Notes under the pieces: model-generated
The model's input: only the letters and a program-made list of their open reading frames with translations
Databases searched by the model: none
Told to the model about the DNA's origin: nothing
Shown: in pieces, positions 50,145-60,228 of the stretch
How positions within the stretch are numbered: position 1 is the stretch's first letter
How the letters are laid out: each line of letters opens with the position of its first letter
Origin: Thainema sp.
GTDB lineage: Bacteria > Cyanobacteriota > Cyanobacteriia > Phormidesmidales > Phormidesmidaceae
Reading direction: 5' to 3'
Assembly (NCBI GenBank): GCA_052168235.1
Contig: JBQLZK010000025.1
Coordinates: 1-64,000, forward strand
Length of the DNA stretch: 64,000 bases
Position numbers and translations under genes: made by a program

Positions 50145-53100
50145 CTAAAAATCAGCAATTTCTGGAGCTGAGGTACTCCCAATCTGAACGAAGGCAGCCC
50201 ATACTGCTGGGTCAGGATAAACCTCACGGGTTGAAAGCATGGCTTGGCGAAGCGCTTGAGCGGTATCTAAACCTTGGAGTCGCTGTTGGTGGAAGGCAAT
50301 CATTAGCTCTGCTGTCGGAGCATCTGGCACTTGCCACAGGGAGACAACGACTCTGGGTACACCAGCCGCCATGAATGAGCGAGACAGACCAATCACACCG
50401 TCACCCGTAATTCTGCCTCGTCCCGTGTCGCAAGCGCTCAGAATGACCAGATCAGCCTGCAATGGCAGATCAAGAATTTCAGCCGCTGTTAAAAAGCCGT
50501 CATTTCGGGCATCTGGAGCTAGAGCAACGGCTCCCTGTAGCGGTTGGGATTCATCAAACTGTCCATGAGTCGCTAAGTGAATGAGGCTGGCAGAAGAAAG
50601 CTGATCTTTGATTTGTGACTCTGTTGCGACATCACCGAGAAGAGGAGAGGTTGAGAGTAGCTCGGCAATCGACGCGGCTTCGGTCTCAGCACTGGGTAGA
50701 GGAGCATAGTTGCCAGGCATGGGGCTGGGATTGCCTACAATCAGGGCTTCTGTAGTGATAGCTCTTGAGTTGGTAGTCGTCTGATTAAGCAGTTCAAGGG
50801 CTTGGATAGAGGGAGTTATGGCAGGTGTGTATTGCTCAATTAAGTATCGTCCCTGATCGTCCTGGAGAGCAGCGAAGGGAACGAGGAAGAGATGTTCTTG
50901 GGGCACGAAGATAACAGGGGCTGTTGGATCAGAGGGGAGCAAATCCGAGATCGGATCAATCAGCAGAGCGTGCAGTTGCTGAAGTGGGTTAGCTTTTGGT
51001 GTTGCTTCGTCCACTCGATAAATTTGATCCACGGGCAGCACGGGATTGGGCAATACAAATTCGGGATGCGTCACGGTGACCGTTTGGCCATCAGCAGACA
51101 CTGAAACCACTTGGTAGGGAGCGATATTGGGCAAGTCTCCCTGGCGTCTGACAAAGTCTCCTGGGCGAATGGGTGTACTTCTAGCGGCATCGGCCACTAT
51201 ACCAATGCCGCGATTGTTGGCCACAGCGGTATCTAAGCTGCGACCCGTGAGCGCTAAGCGCGCCTCTGTGACGACACTTTGGACAGAGCTGGCAGAAAGC
51301 GAATCGCGTAGACTGACTTGCCGGAACTGCACGGTGCCGTTGGGTTGCACAACCCAGATGTAGAGTCGGGCATCACGCGGTTCAATCGGATTTTGGACAG
51401 AAACCGCGTGGGGTGCTTCAGCGGCTTGGTCGCGAATAATGGAATATTCCACTAGAGTCGCGTTTTGAGAGCGAGAGATTTGCTGCATTTGGGCAAGCGT
51501 AGGAGAAGACAATTCGCCTGCCTGCCTCGGATCAAACTGCTCGCGGGCCAGCAATTCGACAAACGCACGAGCGCGGCCTCGTTCAGAGATTTCGAGAGCA
51601 GGTGCGATTTTACCCTGGGTGACGAGAACTTCCTGGAGATTGCGATAGGCGGCTAGTTGAGTTTCAAAGATAGATACCTTGAAGTCATTGTTGGTGCCTA
51701 ATCCAGCGCGGAGGGATTCCCAGATCGCAACGGCACTGAACAGAGCCTGTTCGGCTTCCGGCAATCGTTCCAGATAGAGCAACGCATTACCCAGATTGGT
51801 GAGCGCGATCCCTTCGCCCAAGCTGGCTCCCAATTGGCGGACAATCGTCAGGCTCTCTTGACTGTAGCGATAGGCTTGCTCGTAGTTTTGCTGATACGCA
51901 TAGGCTGTACTGAGTCCCAGCAAAATCTGGGCCGTTTCTAGCTCGTTGTTTAAAGTGGTGGCGAGTGCCAGCCCGTTTTCGTAAGCTGCGATCGCATCTG
52001 CGAAATTGCCTTGAATGGCTAATGTGGCCCCCAGGTTGCCGTAGGCTTGCATTTCACCATAGGTATCGCTTGCCCCACGGGAAATGTCGAGACTGGTTTT
52101 CTGATAGTCAGCGGCTTGAGCATAGTTTTTTTCGGCAAAGTAGGCGTTGCCCAAGTTGCGATAGGTGAGAGCTTTCCACTGAGGCGCAGTCTCAATCGGC
52201 ATCACCTCTAAACTGCGTCGATAGAAATCAATGGCTGTGGCATAGTCTCCTAAGGCCGCATAGGCTGCCCCAATGCCACCCAAGGCAATCCCTTTTTGGG
52301 TGGGATCATTGATAGCCGTTGCTTTTTCGAGCTGCTGTTGATGTAAATCGAGCGCGGTTAGATAATCGCCCAGGACAAAGTATGAAATGGCCAGGTTGTT
52401 CAGAGAGTAGGCAACCCATTGCGAATTATTTTGGGCAGTAGCGGTGGCTAGGTTTCCTTCATAGCAATCAATCAGGCGCTGATAAACAGTTGAAGTGCGA
52501 TCGCGGGCTGCTGTTGCTTGAATTTTTTCGGCTTCGGCCTGACAGTTCTTGAGTTGCTGATTGACGGTTGAGTTTGAGTTAGCTGTGGATTCCGTGGTCG
52601 GCTCTGTTGTCGCCTCTTCTGGACGTGTGGCAACAGAATCAGCTCCAGGCTCTCCGGTTGACGATTCCGCCTCACTGGCAGAGTCTTCCGCTACATCTAC
52701 CGAAGCAGAGGGGGAAGATTCTGCTGGTAACGTTCCAGCAGCCGTATCTTCTACAGAAGCGCTAGAGGAATCAGCAGAAGGATCTTCAGGCTGAGGCTCG
52801 GTCTGCGGATCAACTTGCGGATCAACCTGTGGATCAACCGGAGAATCATCAGGGGGTGGATCATCAGGCTCCTGTAGCTGGCCAAAATCCGCTGTTCCAC
52901 CTGGATCTCCGGGTTGACCAAAATCGGGCGACGTTTCAATGGTAAATCCCGAACTCGGAAAGTTGGCGGCGTTCCCTCCACTGTTACCGCTAGAACCGTT
53001 TCCTGTCCCCGTAACCACTGTGGCTTCCACAATCAACCAGGACGGCTCCGGCAGCACCATGCCGAGAATACTTAGTTCTTCGAGTAGAGGTGATTGGGCT

Positions 53101-55817
53101 ACAGGCACTCCGCGCAAAGCGACTTGCTCTCGATTTGAGGGCAGAACCAGGGATAGGGGCGGAGTGGCTTCCAGCGTCAGAGCAGACGTGTCAGGGATTT
53201 CAGTTTCAGGTTTACCACCATTGCCATTACCGTTACCGTTGCCATTGCCGTTGCCGTTGCCATTACCGCCGTTCGAAGGAGCGATATCAATTGGAATTTG
53301 AACGGCTTCTGAACGCGACACACCATCGGTCGCCTGTAGCGTGAAAGCTGTGACCTCTCCGCTCATGCCTTCTAAAGGAGTGTATTGGAGTTGATCCGTG
53401 GTAGCAACTTCATCTCCCGGTTCGATAGCTACTCCATTTCTCAGCAGAGTACCGTTGATTGAATTCACAATGAATGTCGTGTTATCGCTGTTGAGATCTG
53501 TGATTTCTGGATTCAGGTTGCCTAGTGTAAAAGATACGGGTTGGTCAATTCTGGTAGAGGGTAGTGGTTCAGTAACGGACAGCGTAGGTGAGGTATTAAC
53601 TGAGGTGATGGTGATGTTAGGCGTGGGATTTGCGCTGCCGCCAGTGGCTAAGACTGGAAAGCTGCCGCTAGCGAGGACACTGTCGGCTGCGATCGCACCT
53701 GCAGTACCGTTAGGGCTAGTGCTCCCAACCACCAACGGCACGTTGTTCGGTCCGCCATCATGTTGAATCGTAACCGTGCCGCCACCAAGATTGTCTACTG
53801 CGCGGATTGTGGTGTTGGGTGCAGAGGCGACTGAACTTGTTCCGCTCACCGTCCCGTTGGCAATAACCGTAACACTGCCTGCCGGGGCAACGCTAGCATT
53901 ACTGCTGGCATCAATAGATTCGAACGCAACATTGCTATCTGAATTGATCGTGACTTGGCCGCCTGCTACAGAATTAAACGTCGTGTCGATATGGCCAATT
54001 TGAACATCTGCACCGGAAATGCTGACGTTTCCTCCTCCCGTTTCCAGTCGTGTACCTGGACTCGCGTTAACTAAACCGCTTCCATTACCATCAGAGTCTG
54101 CTGTTAAATTCACCGTGAGCGATCCGCCAGCGACAAACTCAATATTGTCATTTAAAGTAATGTCGTTGATGGCTGCTAATGAGAGCGTTGCAGCAGGCCC
54201 AGAGGCTTTTTGAATCGTGGCTCCGGCTTGCTGGGTAATGTTTCCGGCTTCAGTGCCGCTGCTGTTGGTGACAATTAAAACGTTGGTGCCACTGTTGAGC
54301 GCACTGTTAATGTTCGCGACCTCAATCACAGTTGAATTAATCGGCCCACCTCCACCAGAAACAATGGTAATATCCGTCGGATCGATCAGCCAGGTGCCGC
54401 CAACTCCATTAGGGGCGCTAGTATCGGGTGTGCGAGATAGATTGAGCCGAACACCAGCAGACGTTTCAATTAATCCACCATTGCCTGATAGATCGCCGCC
54501 GCGTGCAGTTAACGAACCATTCACAGTGGCGGTCGTATCGGCCCAAACAACGATACTGCCCCCATTTTCAGAGCGCGTCGTGGCATTGGCTGAGACAACA
54601 GAAGCAGCATCAATTTGCGTTGTATTTGCGCGGGGTAAACTATTTCCTCCTTGGACATCACCGCCGATTCGCACGCTGCCGCCACCAAAGGTTCCTGAGG
54701 CATTCGCTTCAGCATTGAGTAGCGAAACTTGTTGTCCTAGCAGGTAGATTTGTCCGCCGCGATCGCCTTCAGTGGAAAGGGTTCCCGATGCGATGACGCT
54801 GCCTAGTTCAATGGGAGCCGTTGCCGAGGTGGAAGCAAGTCGGATCGTGCCATCCGGGTCTTGAACCAGAGTCAGATTGTTGTCGGTAAGAGAGTTCCCG
54901 CCCGTTAGCAGTTCCGGTAGCGATAAGGGATCGAACGGTTGCTGACTGTTGGGGTTTACGGACGGTGTAATCTCCAGGCTAAGGAGCATATTCCCTTGGC
55001 TGAGGCGCACCCGATTTTCTCCCGGTACGGCGAGCAGCGTAATGGTGCCCTCGGGAGCAGTGAGATTGCCCAGACTCACCACTTCCCCGCCCATCAGCGT
55101 TAGGTCTTGGCCTGTATCGACCGTCAAATTACCCAGATTCAGAATCGTTCCCGGTAGCTCACTGGTAAAGGCAAACTGATTCGGTGTTCCAGTCAGCGCC
55201 TGATATCCGGCTGGGTTCATGACATCCAACCAGGTATCGCCAAAGCCGATCTGATTGGCCGTCGTTGCTGTGAAAGCGCCATTGAGGTTGAGCGTAGCGT
55301 CCGGGCCAAAGATAATACCTGCCGGATTGATCAGATAAAGGTTGGCGTTGCCGCCGCTCACCTGGAGTAGACCGTTAATGATGGAGGCATTTCCCCCGTT
55401 GACGGTGCCCAGAATATTCTGAATTTCGGGAGCAGCGATGAAGTTAGCAATCTGGTCGGCACTGAGGCCAAATTCCTGGAAGCTGTGAAACAGGTTAGTG
55501 CCGTCACCGGAACGCTGCCCCTCAGTGATGTCAAGGCGGTTGCCAGTGGGAGTCACCACTGTCCCTGTGCCATCACTGCTGGGAACAATGGCTTGAGCAA
55601 CAAGCTGATCTGGCGAGACTTGGACTGAGTGATTACGCCTGGTGCCCAAAAACTCTGGCTGTATCGATTCCGGTGAGGAGACAAGCTGAACTGCGATCGC
55701 ACCTAATAGATCACCAGTTTCGGTTGTTTCAGCATAGGAAGCCGTGACAGGTTGCTGCGTCGGAGGCAGGCTAGGGGGGATGATGAGGACATGGGGGGGC
55801 AAGTGGGGAATGACCAT
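50145..55817 (-). CDS. Filamentous haemagglutinin (TPS) N-terminal domain + cadherin-like + acidic linker + TPR + CHAT caspase-like protease
   Basis: NLFHSF.EFGL and NPAGIIFG TPS motifs, beta-helix region, TPR repeats (NNLA, GNLG), catalytic HLATHG and LSACDTG. Confidence 0.92.
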   Translation of the reverse strand: MVIPHLPPHVLIIPPSLPPTQQPVTASYAETTETGDLLGAIAVQLVSSPESIQPEFLGTRRNHSVQVSPDQLVAQAIVPSSDGTGTVVTPTGNRLDITEGQRSGDGTNLFHSFQEFGLSADQIANFIAAPEIQNILGTVNGGNASIINGLLQVSGGNANLYLINPAGIIFGPDATLNLNGAFTATTANQIGFGDTWLDVMNPAGYQALTGTPNQFAFTSELPGTILNLGNLTVDTGQDLTLMGGEVVSLGNLTAPEGTITLLAVPGENRVRLSQGNMLLSLEITPSVNPNSQQPFDPLSLPELLTGGNSLTDNNLTLVQDPDGTIRLASTSATAPIELGSVIASGTLSTEGDRGGQIYLLGQQVSLLNAEANASGTFGGGSVRIGGDVQGGNSLPRANTTQIDAASVVSANATTRSENGGSIVVWADTTATVNGSLTARGGDLSGNGGLIETSAGVRLNLSRTPDTSAPNGVGGTWLIDPTDITIVSGGGGPINSTVIEVANINSALNSGTNVLIVTNSSGTEAGNITQQAGATIQKASGPAATLSLAAINDITLNDNIEFVAGGSLTVNLTADSDGNGSGLVNASPGTRLETGGGNVSISGADVQIGHIDTTFNSVAGGQVTINSDSNVAFESIDASSNASVAPAGSVTVIANGTVSGTSSVASAPNTTIRAVDNLGGGTVTIQHDGGPNNVPLVVGSTSPNGTAGAIAADSVLASGSFPVLATGGSANPTPNITITSVNTSPTLSVTEPLPSTRIDQPVSFTLGNLNPEITDLNSDNTTFIVNSINGTLLRNGVAIEPGDEVATTDQLQYTPLEGMSGEVTAFTLQATDGVSRSEAVQIPIDIAPSNGGNGNGNGNGNGNGNGNGGKPETEIPDTSALTLEATPPLSLVLPSNREQVALRGVPVAQSPLLEELSILGMVLPEPSWLIVEATVVTGTGNGSSGNSGGNAANFPSSGFTIETSPDFGQPGDPGGTADFGQLQEPDDPPPDDSPVDPQVDPQVDPQTEPQPEDPSADSSSASVEDTAAGTLPAESSPSASVDVAEDSASEAESSTGEPGADSVATRPEEATTEPTTESTANSNSTVNQQLKNCQAEAEKIQATAARDRTSTVYQRLIDCYEGNLATATAQNNSQWVAYSLNNLAISYFVLGDYLTALDLHQQQLEKATAINDPTQKGIALGGIGAAYAALGDYATAIDFYRRSLEVMPIETAPQWKALTYRNLGNAYFAEKNYAQAADYQKTSLDISRGASDTYGEMQAYGNLGATLAIQGNFADAIAAYENGLALATTLNNELETAQILLGLSTAYAYQQNYEQAYRYSQESLTIVRQLGASLGEGIALTNLGNALLYLERLPEAEQALFSAVAIWESLRAGLGTNNDFKVSIFETQLAAYRNLQEVLVTQGKIAPALEISERGRARAFVELLAREQFDPRQAGELSSPTLAQMQQISRSQNATLVEYSIIRDQAAEAPHAVSVQNPIEPRDARLYIWVVQPNGTVQFRQVSLRDSLSASSVQSVVTEARLALTGRSLDTAVANNRGIGIVADAARSTPIRPGDFVRRQGDLPNIAPYQVVSVSADGQTVTVTHPEFVLPNPVLPVDQIYRVDEATPKANPLQQLHALLIDPISDLLPSDPTAPVIFVPQEHLFLVPFAALQDDQGRYLIEQYTPAITPSIQALELLNQTTTNSRAITTEALIVGNPSPMPGNYAPLPSAETEAASIAELLSTSPLLGDVATESQIKDQLSSASLIHLATHGQFDESQPLQGAVALAPDARNDGFLTAAEILDLPLQADLVILSACDTGRGRITGDGVIGLSRSFMAAGVPRVVVSLWQVPDAPTAELMIAFHQQRLQGLDTAQALRQAMLSTREVYPDPAVWAAFVQIGSTSAPEIADF

Positions 55818-55855
55818 GACCTAATACTCCAATCAAAACTAGAGGGCAATTGGTG

Positions 55856-56596
55856 TTATTCGACAGGTGTTGGCTCAGTTTCAGCAACCTGGCAGCAGTC
55901 AGTTAGCGGCTGGTTCACCAAGTCACCGAGCTGAACGAAATCATGTTCAAGTAAGCTGGCCCAGACTTCCAGCAGCGCTTCGGACGAGGGATTGCTCAGT
56001 CGCAGGTCGCCCAATTCAGTGAGGGTGTCGTACCACAAACCATCGCTAGCTAAAAGGTCAATCCGCTCTTGGGGAGAGGCATTGGCCAGTTGTTCAGCAA
56101 ATTCTGGAGAAGGAGATCGCCGCACTACTATGCCGCTTGTCCAGGGATCAGCCTCGTCTTCACTGGGACAATCAACCGACACTGTCCAACGATAGGGTTC
56201 ACCGACAGTTAGTTCTGGAACGTCCACGGGAGCAGGCAAACGGCTGATGCCGACCTGGGCAATATCAGCATAAGTAGCTTGATACAATACCTGATCAGTG
56301 CTGGCCTGTGTGAGCGTCAGATGAAGGGTGCGATTCGGTTCAGACACATACACCCAGAACGTGGGTTGCGGCTGTAGCGTTTCGCCCCAGTGGGTTTGGG
56401 TGGGTTCCAAAACAACAATGCCGCAGCCACGACTGCCCGCATCGCGTACCGTGCTACTGCGACCGGGAGCACCGCGATTGGGTGGATTATAGGGAACCGC
56501 ATTTGCCACCGATAGAAAACTAAAGAGGCTAACTGCGATCGCACTCACACCTCCGCAAACCATCCGATACAAGCCTTTATCAATCCGTTTCATCAA
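55856..56596 (-). CDS. DUF928 domain protein (exported)
   Basis: Signal peptide, PP.RGAPG...AGSRGC, PTFWVY, YRW.V..C and GLWYDTL motifs. Confidence 0.88.
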   Translation of the reverse strand: MMKRIDKGLYRMVCGGVSAIAVSLFSFLSVANAVPYNPPNRGAPGRSSTVRDAGSRGCGIVVLEPTQTHWGETLQPQPTFWVYVSEPNRTLHLTLTQASTDQVLYQATYADIAQVGISRLPAPVDVPELTVGEPYRWTVSVDCPSEDEADPWTSGIVVRRSPSPEFAEQLANASPQERIDLLASDGLWYDTLTELGDLRLSNPSSEALLEVWASLLEHDFVQLGDLVNQPLTDCCQVAETEPTPVE

Positions 56597-58998
56597 CGTA
56601 ACCTCCTACGAACGTCCGTTTGAGCCAGCAGGCGGGCAGCGATCAGCGTGCCGCCGCTGGTGCTGATCAGACCAATCGCTGCTGGGACGAGTGGCACCCA
56701 TAAGCCTAAATTCAGCAACCCCCATGCCAAGCCATATAGCCCTAACATAGCCAGCCCGGAAGCCAAGGCTGTGAAGCTAAGGCGCTGGCATCGCCAGCCG
56801 ATTAAACCGCCGATGCCAGCCCAGCCCACCATCCACAGCGTTTCAGCCCATTCTGGCCAGGTGCTGATCGGCGCTCGACCATCCAACGCGGCTGCGAGCA
56901 GTTGATTAATCATTTGAGCCTGTAGGATGACGCCGGGAATGCGCTCACGCGGCCATGCCTGAGCGCCTGCGGGCGTTGTGAAGTAATCGGTGGGATTGGA
57001 AACGGGTGCTGACATGCCGATTAACACCACATAATGCTGCAAACTGCTGATCGGGTTGCCGTTACGGTCTTGCAACGAGAAATTGTCGCTCAGGACATCG
57101 GACAGCGTCACCCGCTGCATAAACCGATCCGGGTCAGCGTAATTCAGCAGAACCTGAAAGCCCCAGTGATCTAAGCTGTGATACGGCCCGGAGTTGGCTG
57201 CCAAAGGCACGAGCTGAGCTTTGCCGAGCTGTAGGTGATCGTTGGGCAGGTTTTCCGGTTGGATATTCGCAGTCGTATAGAGGTGTTGGATGGCCAGTAG
57301 CGCACTGAGGGAAAAGCTAGTGGCACAGGGGTCGTCCGTCTCCGGCTCCATAAACAGCAACTGGCGGCGCATGATGCCATCGTGATCCTCCAAGACGTTG
57401 CTAAAGCCAAGCCGATCGCTGGGCAGTTGGGGCGGTGGAGCAATACCGCTTTGGGCATCGTTCCGCGCAATTTGGACGCTACACAAACCGACTAGATTGT
57501 CTTGCTCAGCCAACTGAGTTTGTAGAGAGCTGTTTGGATCGATGCGATCGCGAAAAATATCCAATCCAATCACGCTGGGATTGTACGGCTCCAGCCGATC
57601 AATTGCTGCCGCCAGGACATCATCGGGCAGGGGATAGCCATAGCGGTTCACGTCATCTTCCGTTGCTTCGATCACCAGAATTCGTTGGGGAGTAACTTGG
57701 GGCAATCGCTGTTGCAGTAAGCGATCATAAGTCCGCAGTTCCCAAGCCTGAAAACCGCCCATGCTTCGGATCACCAGGATTAAGGCTGATACCGCTAGGC
57801 TAGAGAACAGCGCCAGTCGCCATTGAGGTTGAGGCAACAACGGTTCAGCGGGGGGTGGGGGCATTGCTGGCGCTGCTTCAGCTCGTTGCAGCTCTGCCCA
57901 AGTGGGTGGGGCATCAGGTGCCGTTTGGTACAGTACAGGCAACCAACTGGCGCAGGGAAACTCGCTTTCCATTCCTTGCAGCCGCTCCCGTGCCTGACGC
58001 AACGCGAGAGGTAAGGACTGACCCGCCGCATAGGCAGGCAAAAGATAGGTGAGAAAGAGCTGAGCAATCCGATCCGGTACGGGCTGCCGCATGACGATGA
58101 TCTGGGGCAGATTCAGTGGCTCTAGGTCATGGGCGAGTCCCAGTCCGTCGCAGGAGTTAAATATGGCCAGTTTCAAACCACGGGCAATGGCCCGCCGTAA
58201 GCCGTACTTCAGCTCTTCCAGGGTTAGACTTTCCTGAGGATTGAGAAAAATCCGTCCAGTCACCTCAGAACTGCTACGAATATTCTCACTAGCACTAGCA
58301 CTAGCACTGTCGCTGTGTCCGGCAAAGAACAGAATATCCCAGGGGCATTCCCAGAGCTGATCGGTAATCTCCTGCCGCTGCGGTTCCACCAGGAAGGTCA
58401 CGTTGGCATTTGGTAACGAGGAAAGCAAAGCGCGATCGCAACTAATATCAATCCCCGCACTATGACCCAAAATCGCCAGGATATTGACCTGATTAGAGGC
58501 CACAGGTGCGATCGCAGATTGCCGTTTGAAGTGGGGTGCACTCAGAGTCACCTCGGCGTGCGTGTAGCGGTCTAGGAATTCCCAGAGGTGCCAGGGAAGC
58601 TGGTGCAAAGCGGGATTAGCGGTGCGAATCACCAACCGGATGCTGTCGTTGGGATGCAGTTCTTCCCGCAGCAGACGATCAATGGCACGAAAGGTCTCTG
58701 CACTCAGCCAGCGATTAAATTGCTGTCGCAGTGTCTGAGCCATGCGTTCACAGGCTTTGACCTGCTGAATTGAGCCGATATAGACGATTTCTTTGGGCCG
58801 AATTCGATTCGGTGCATCGAGCTGACGATAAACCTGTTGCCATGCATTGAGCCGCTCTTGCAAATCGGGATCGGCGGGCAGAGCACCCGTCATTACGGCA
58901 TCGGGGCGCTGTCCGTCAGCTCCAATTTCCATCGTGACCCGGAAACCTTGGCTAGCAAGGTCGCCATCGAAAGTCAGGGTAACGAGCTGGTGACGCAT
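56593..58998 (-). CDS. CHAT protease + TM + CHASE2 sensor + 3 TM
   Basis: ILFFAGHS and AIFNSCDG catalytic motifs; E...YD..L, VIGLDIFRD, DGIMRR and PGV..QAQ CHASE2 motifs. Confidence 0.9.
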   Translation of the reverse strand: MRHQLVTLTFDGDLASQGFRVTMEIGADGQRPDAVMTGALPADPDLQERLNAWQQVYRQLDAPNRIRPKEIVYIGSIQQVKACERMAQTLRQQFNRWLSAETFRAIDRLLREELHPNDSIRLVIRTANPALHQLPWHLWEFLDRYTHAEVTLSAPHFKRQSAIAPVASNQVNILAILGHSAGIDISCDRALLSSLPNANVTFLVEPQRQEITDQLWECPWDILFFAGHSDSASASASENIRSSSEVTGRIFLNPQESLTLEELKYGLRRAIARGLKLAIFNSCDGLGLAHDLEPLNLPQIIVMRQPVPDRIAQLFLTYLLPAYAAGQSLPLALRQARERLQGMESEFPCASWLPVLYQTAPDAPPTWAELQRAEAAPAMPPPPAEPLLPQPQWRLALFSSLAVSALILVIRSMGGFQAWELRTYDRLLQQRLPQVTPQRILVIEATEDDVNRYGYPLPDDVLAAAIDRLEPYNPSVIGLDIFRDRIDPNSSLQTQLAEQDNLVGLCSVQIARNDAQSGIAPPPQLPSDRLGFSNVLEDHDGIMRRQLLFMEPETDDPCATSFSLSALLAIQHLYTTANIQPENLPNDHLQLGKAQLVPLAANSGPYHSLDHWGFQVLLNYADPDRFMQRVTLSDVLSDNFSLQDRNGNPISSLQHYVVLIGMSAPVSNPTDYFTTPAGAQAWPRERIPGVILQAQMINQLLAAALDGRAPISTWPEWAETLWMVGWAGIGGLIGWRCQRLSFTALASGLAMLGLYGLAWGLLNLGLWVPLVPAAIGLISTSGGTLIAARLLAQTDVRRRLR

Positions 58999-59099
58999 GG
59001 GGGCTGTTTAGGGTTACAACTTGAAGGGGAAAGATTATCCAGTGATACTGACTCCGGCGAGAAAGAATCCAAATATCGGTTGTGTATCAAGGCCGTTGA

Positions 59100-59174
59100 G
59101 ATCCCCCTAAATCCCCCTTAATAAGAGGGACTTTGAGCCAATTCCCCCCTTCCTAAGGGGGACTAGGGGGGATC
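59100..59174. repeat. Cyanobacterial C/G-run hairpin repeat
   Basis: GATCCCCCTAAATCCCCCTT...CCCCCCTTCCTAAGGGGGACTAGGGGGGATC. Confidence 0.75.
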
Positions 59175-59221
59175 TTCTACACATGCTCAACATCACAGTC
59201 AGCAACTTTTCAAACATCCTT

Positions 59222-60187
59222 TTACACCTGAAACACTTCGGTCAGGATGCGATCGCGCCAGCTAACCTGAACGCTGAATCGCTCACCCGGTTCGGCCTCA
59301 AACTTCAGTTGAATCGCCTCTGTCTGGCGGGCTTCGGCCTGCATCACGACTGCATTTGACTCATCCAGCACCCTGAGCTGTAACGCACTGGGCAGATGAA
59401 GCTGGTCACCTGCCGAGCGAATCTGCACCCAAATCTCAATATTGTCCTGATCCTGGGGAATCAGTCCCACCAAAAGATTGACCGTCGTGGCTGCCGCTCC
59501 CTCTCCCAGCCGCAGCGGCTTAACCTGGCCAATTTCCGGGACAGGCTGGGGTTCCGTCTCCATTGATTGAGATGAGCCGCGAAAGGCAAACGACGGCGAC
59601 GGCACAGCCAGTTCAGTCAAGGCATCGGATAGAGCTTGCCAACCCGCTGTCGTTACGTCCTGCAACCAGCGACTTAAATAAACGGGCATGGGTTCCGCAG
59701 CGCACTGCTCCAGATAAGCACCCAAGTCTGCCAAGGGGCGCAGCTCTGATAGCGGGACGGAGAGCGCATCACCTGTAAGCGCGGGTAAGGTATCGATAAA
59801 TCCCAGCAGCGTCGCCTGTCGCAAGGATGCGTCAAGTTGAACACCGATATAGCCCACGCGATCGCAGATCACGTCAGCCGGAATTGCGATCGCAGTTTCA
59901 GCGGGCAACACAACTCGACATTCCAGTCGCCCCACCTGCGTGACCAGCAAATCGGCAACATCCAGCAGTGTTTGTTGGGCTGGATCATGGCTGTAGCTGC
60001 GCTCCAGGTCAACATCGTAGCCCAGCGTATCCAGATAAGTTGCCACCGCATAAACGGCCAGGGTATTGAGATAAACGCGCTTTTGCACAGCGGGCATGGA
60101 ATGGCGCTGCTGAAATCTCTTAGCCTGACTATGAGCTGTCAACGCTAATGGAATAGTAACGGTAGATAAGTCGCGGATGTCGCTCAT
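59222..60187 (-). CDS. DUF1822 family protein
   Basis: VYLNTLAVYAV..YL, ADL....G.LECR, IGVQLD..L..A.LLGF, LS.WL.....GWQ and GE.FSV motifs. Confidence 0.88.
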   Translation of the reverse strand: MSDIRDLSTVTIPLALTAHSQAKRFQQRHSMPAVQKRVYLNTLAVYAVATYLDTLGYDVDLERSYSHDPAQQTLLDVADLLVTQVGRLECRVVLPAETAIAIPADVICDRVGYIGVQLDASLRQATLLGFIDTLPALTGDALSVPLSELRPLADLGAYLEQCAAEPMPVYLSRWLQDVTTAGWQALSDALTELAVPSPSFAFRGSSQSMETEPQPVPEIGQVKPLRLGEGAAATTVNLLVGLIPQDQDNIEIWVQIRSAGDQLHLPSALQLRVLDESNAVVMQAEARQTEAIQLKFEAEPGERFSVQVSWRDRILTEVFQV

Positions 60188-60228
60188 GGTACTCGTCTCA
60201 GGTGTACGACATGGAAAAAGGCAGTGGG

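Noticed and set aside
52561..55179. Series of + strand ORFs antisense to the FHA-CHAT gene
   Set aside because: Antisense shadows of a low-complexity Ser/Thr/Gly-rich coding region
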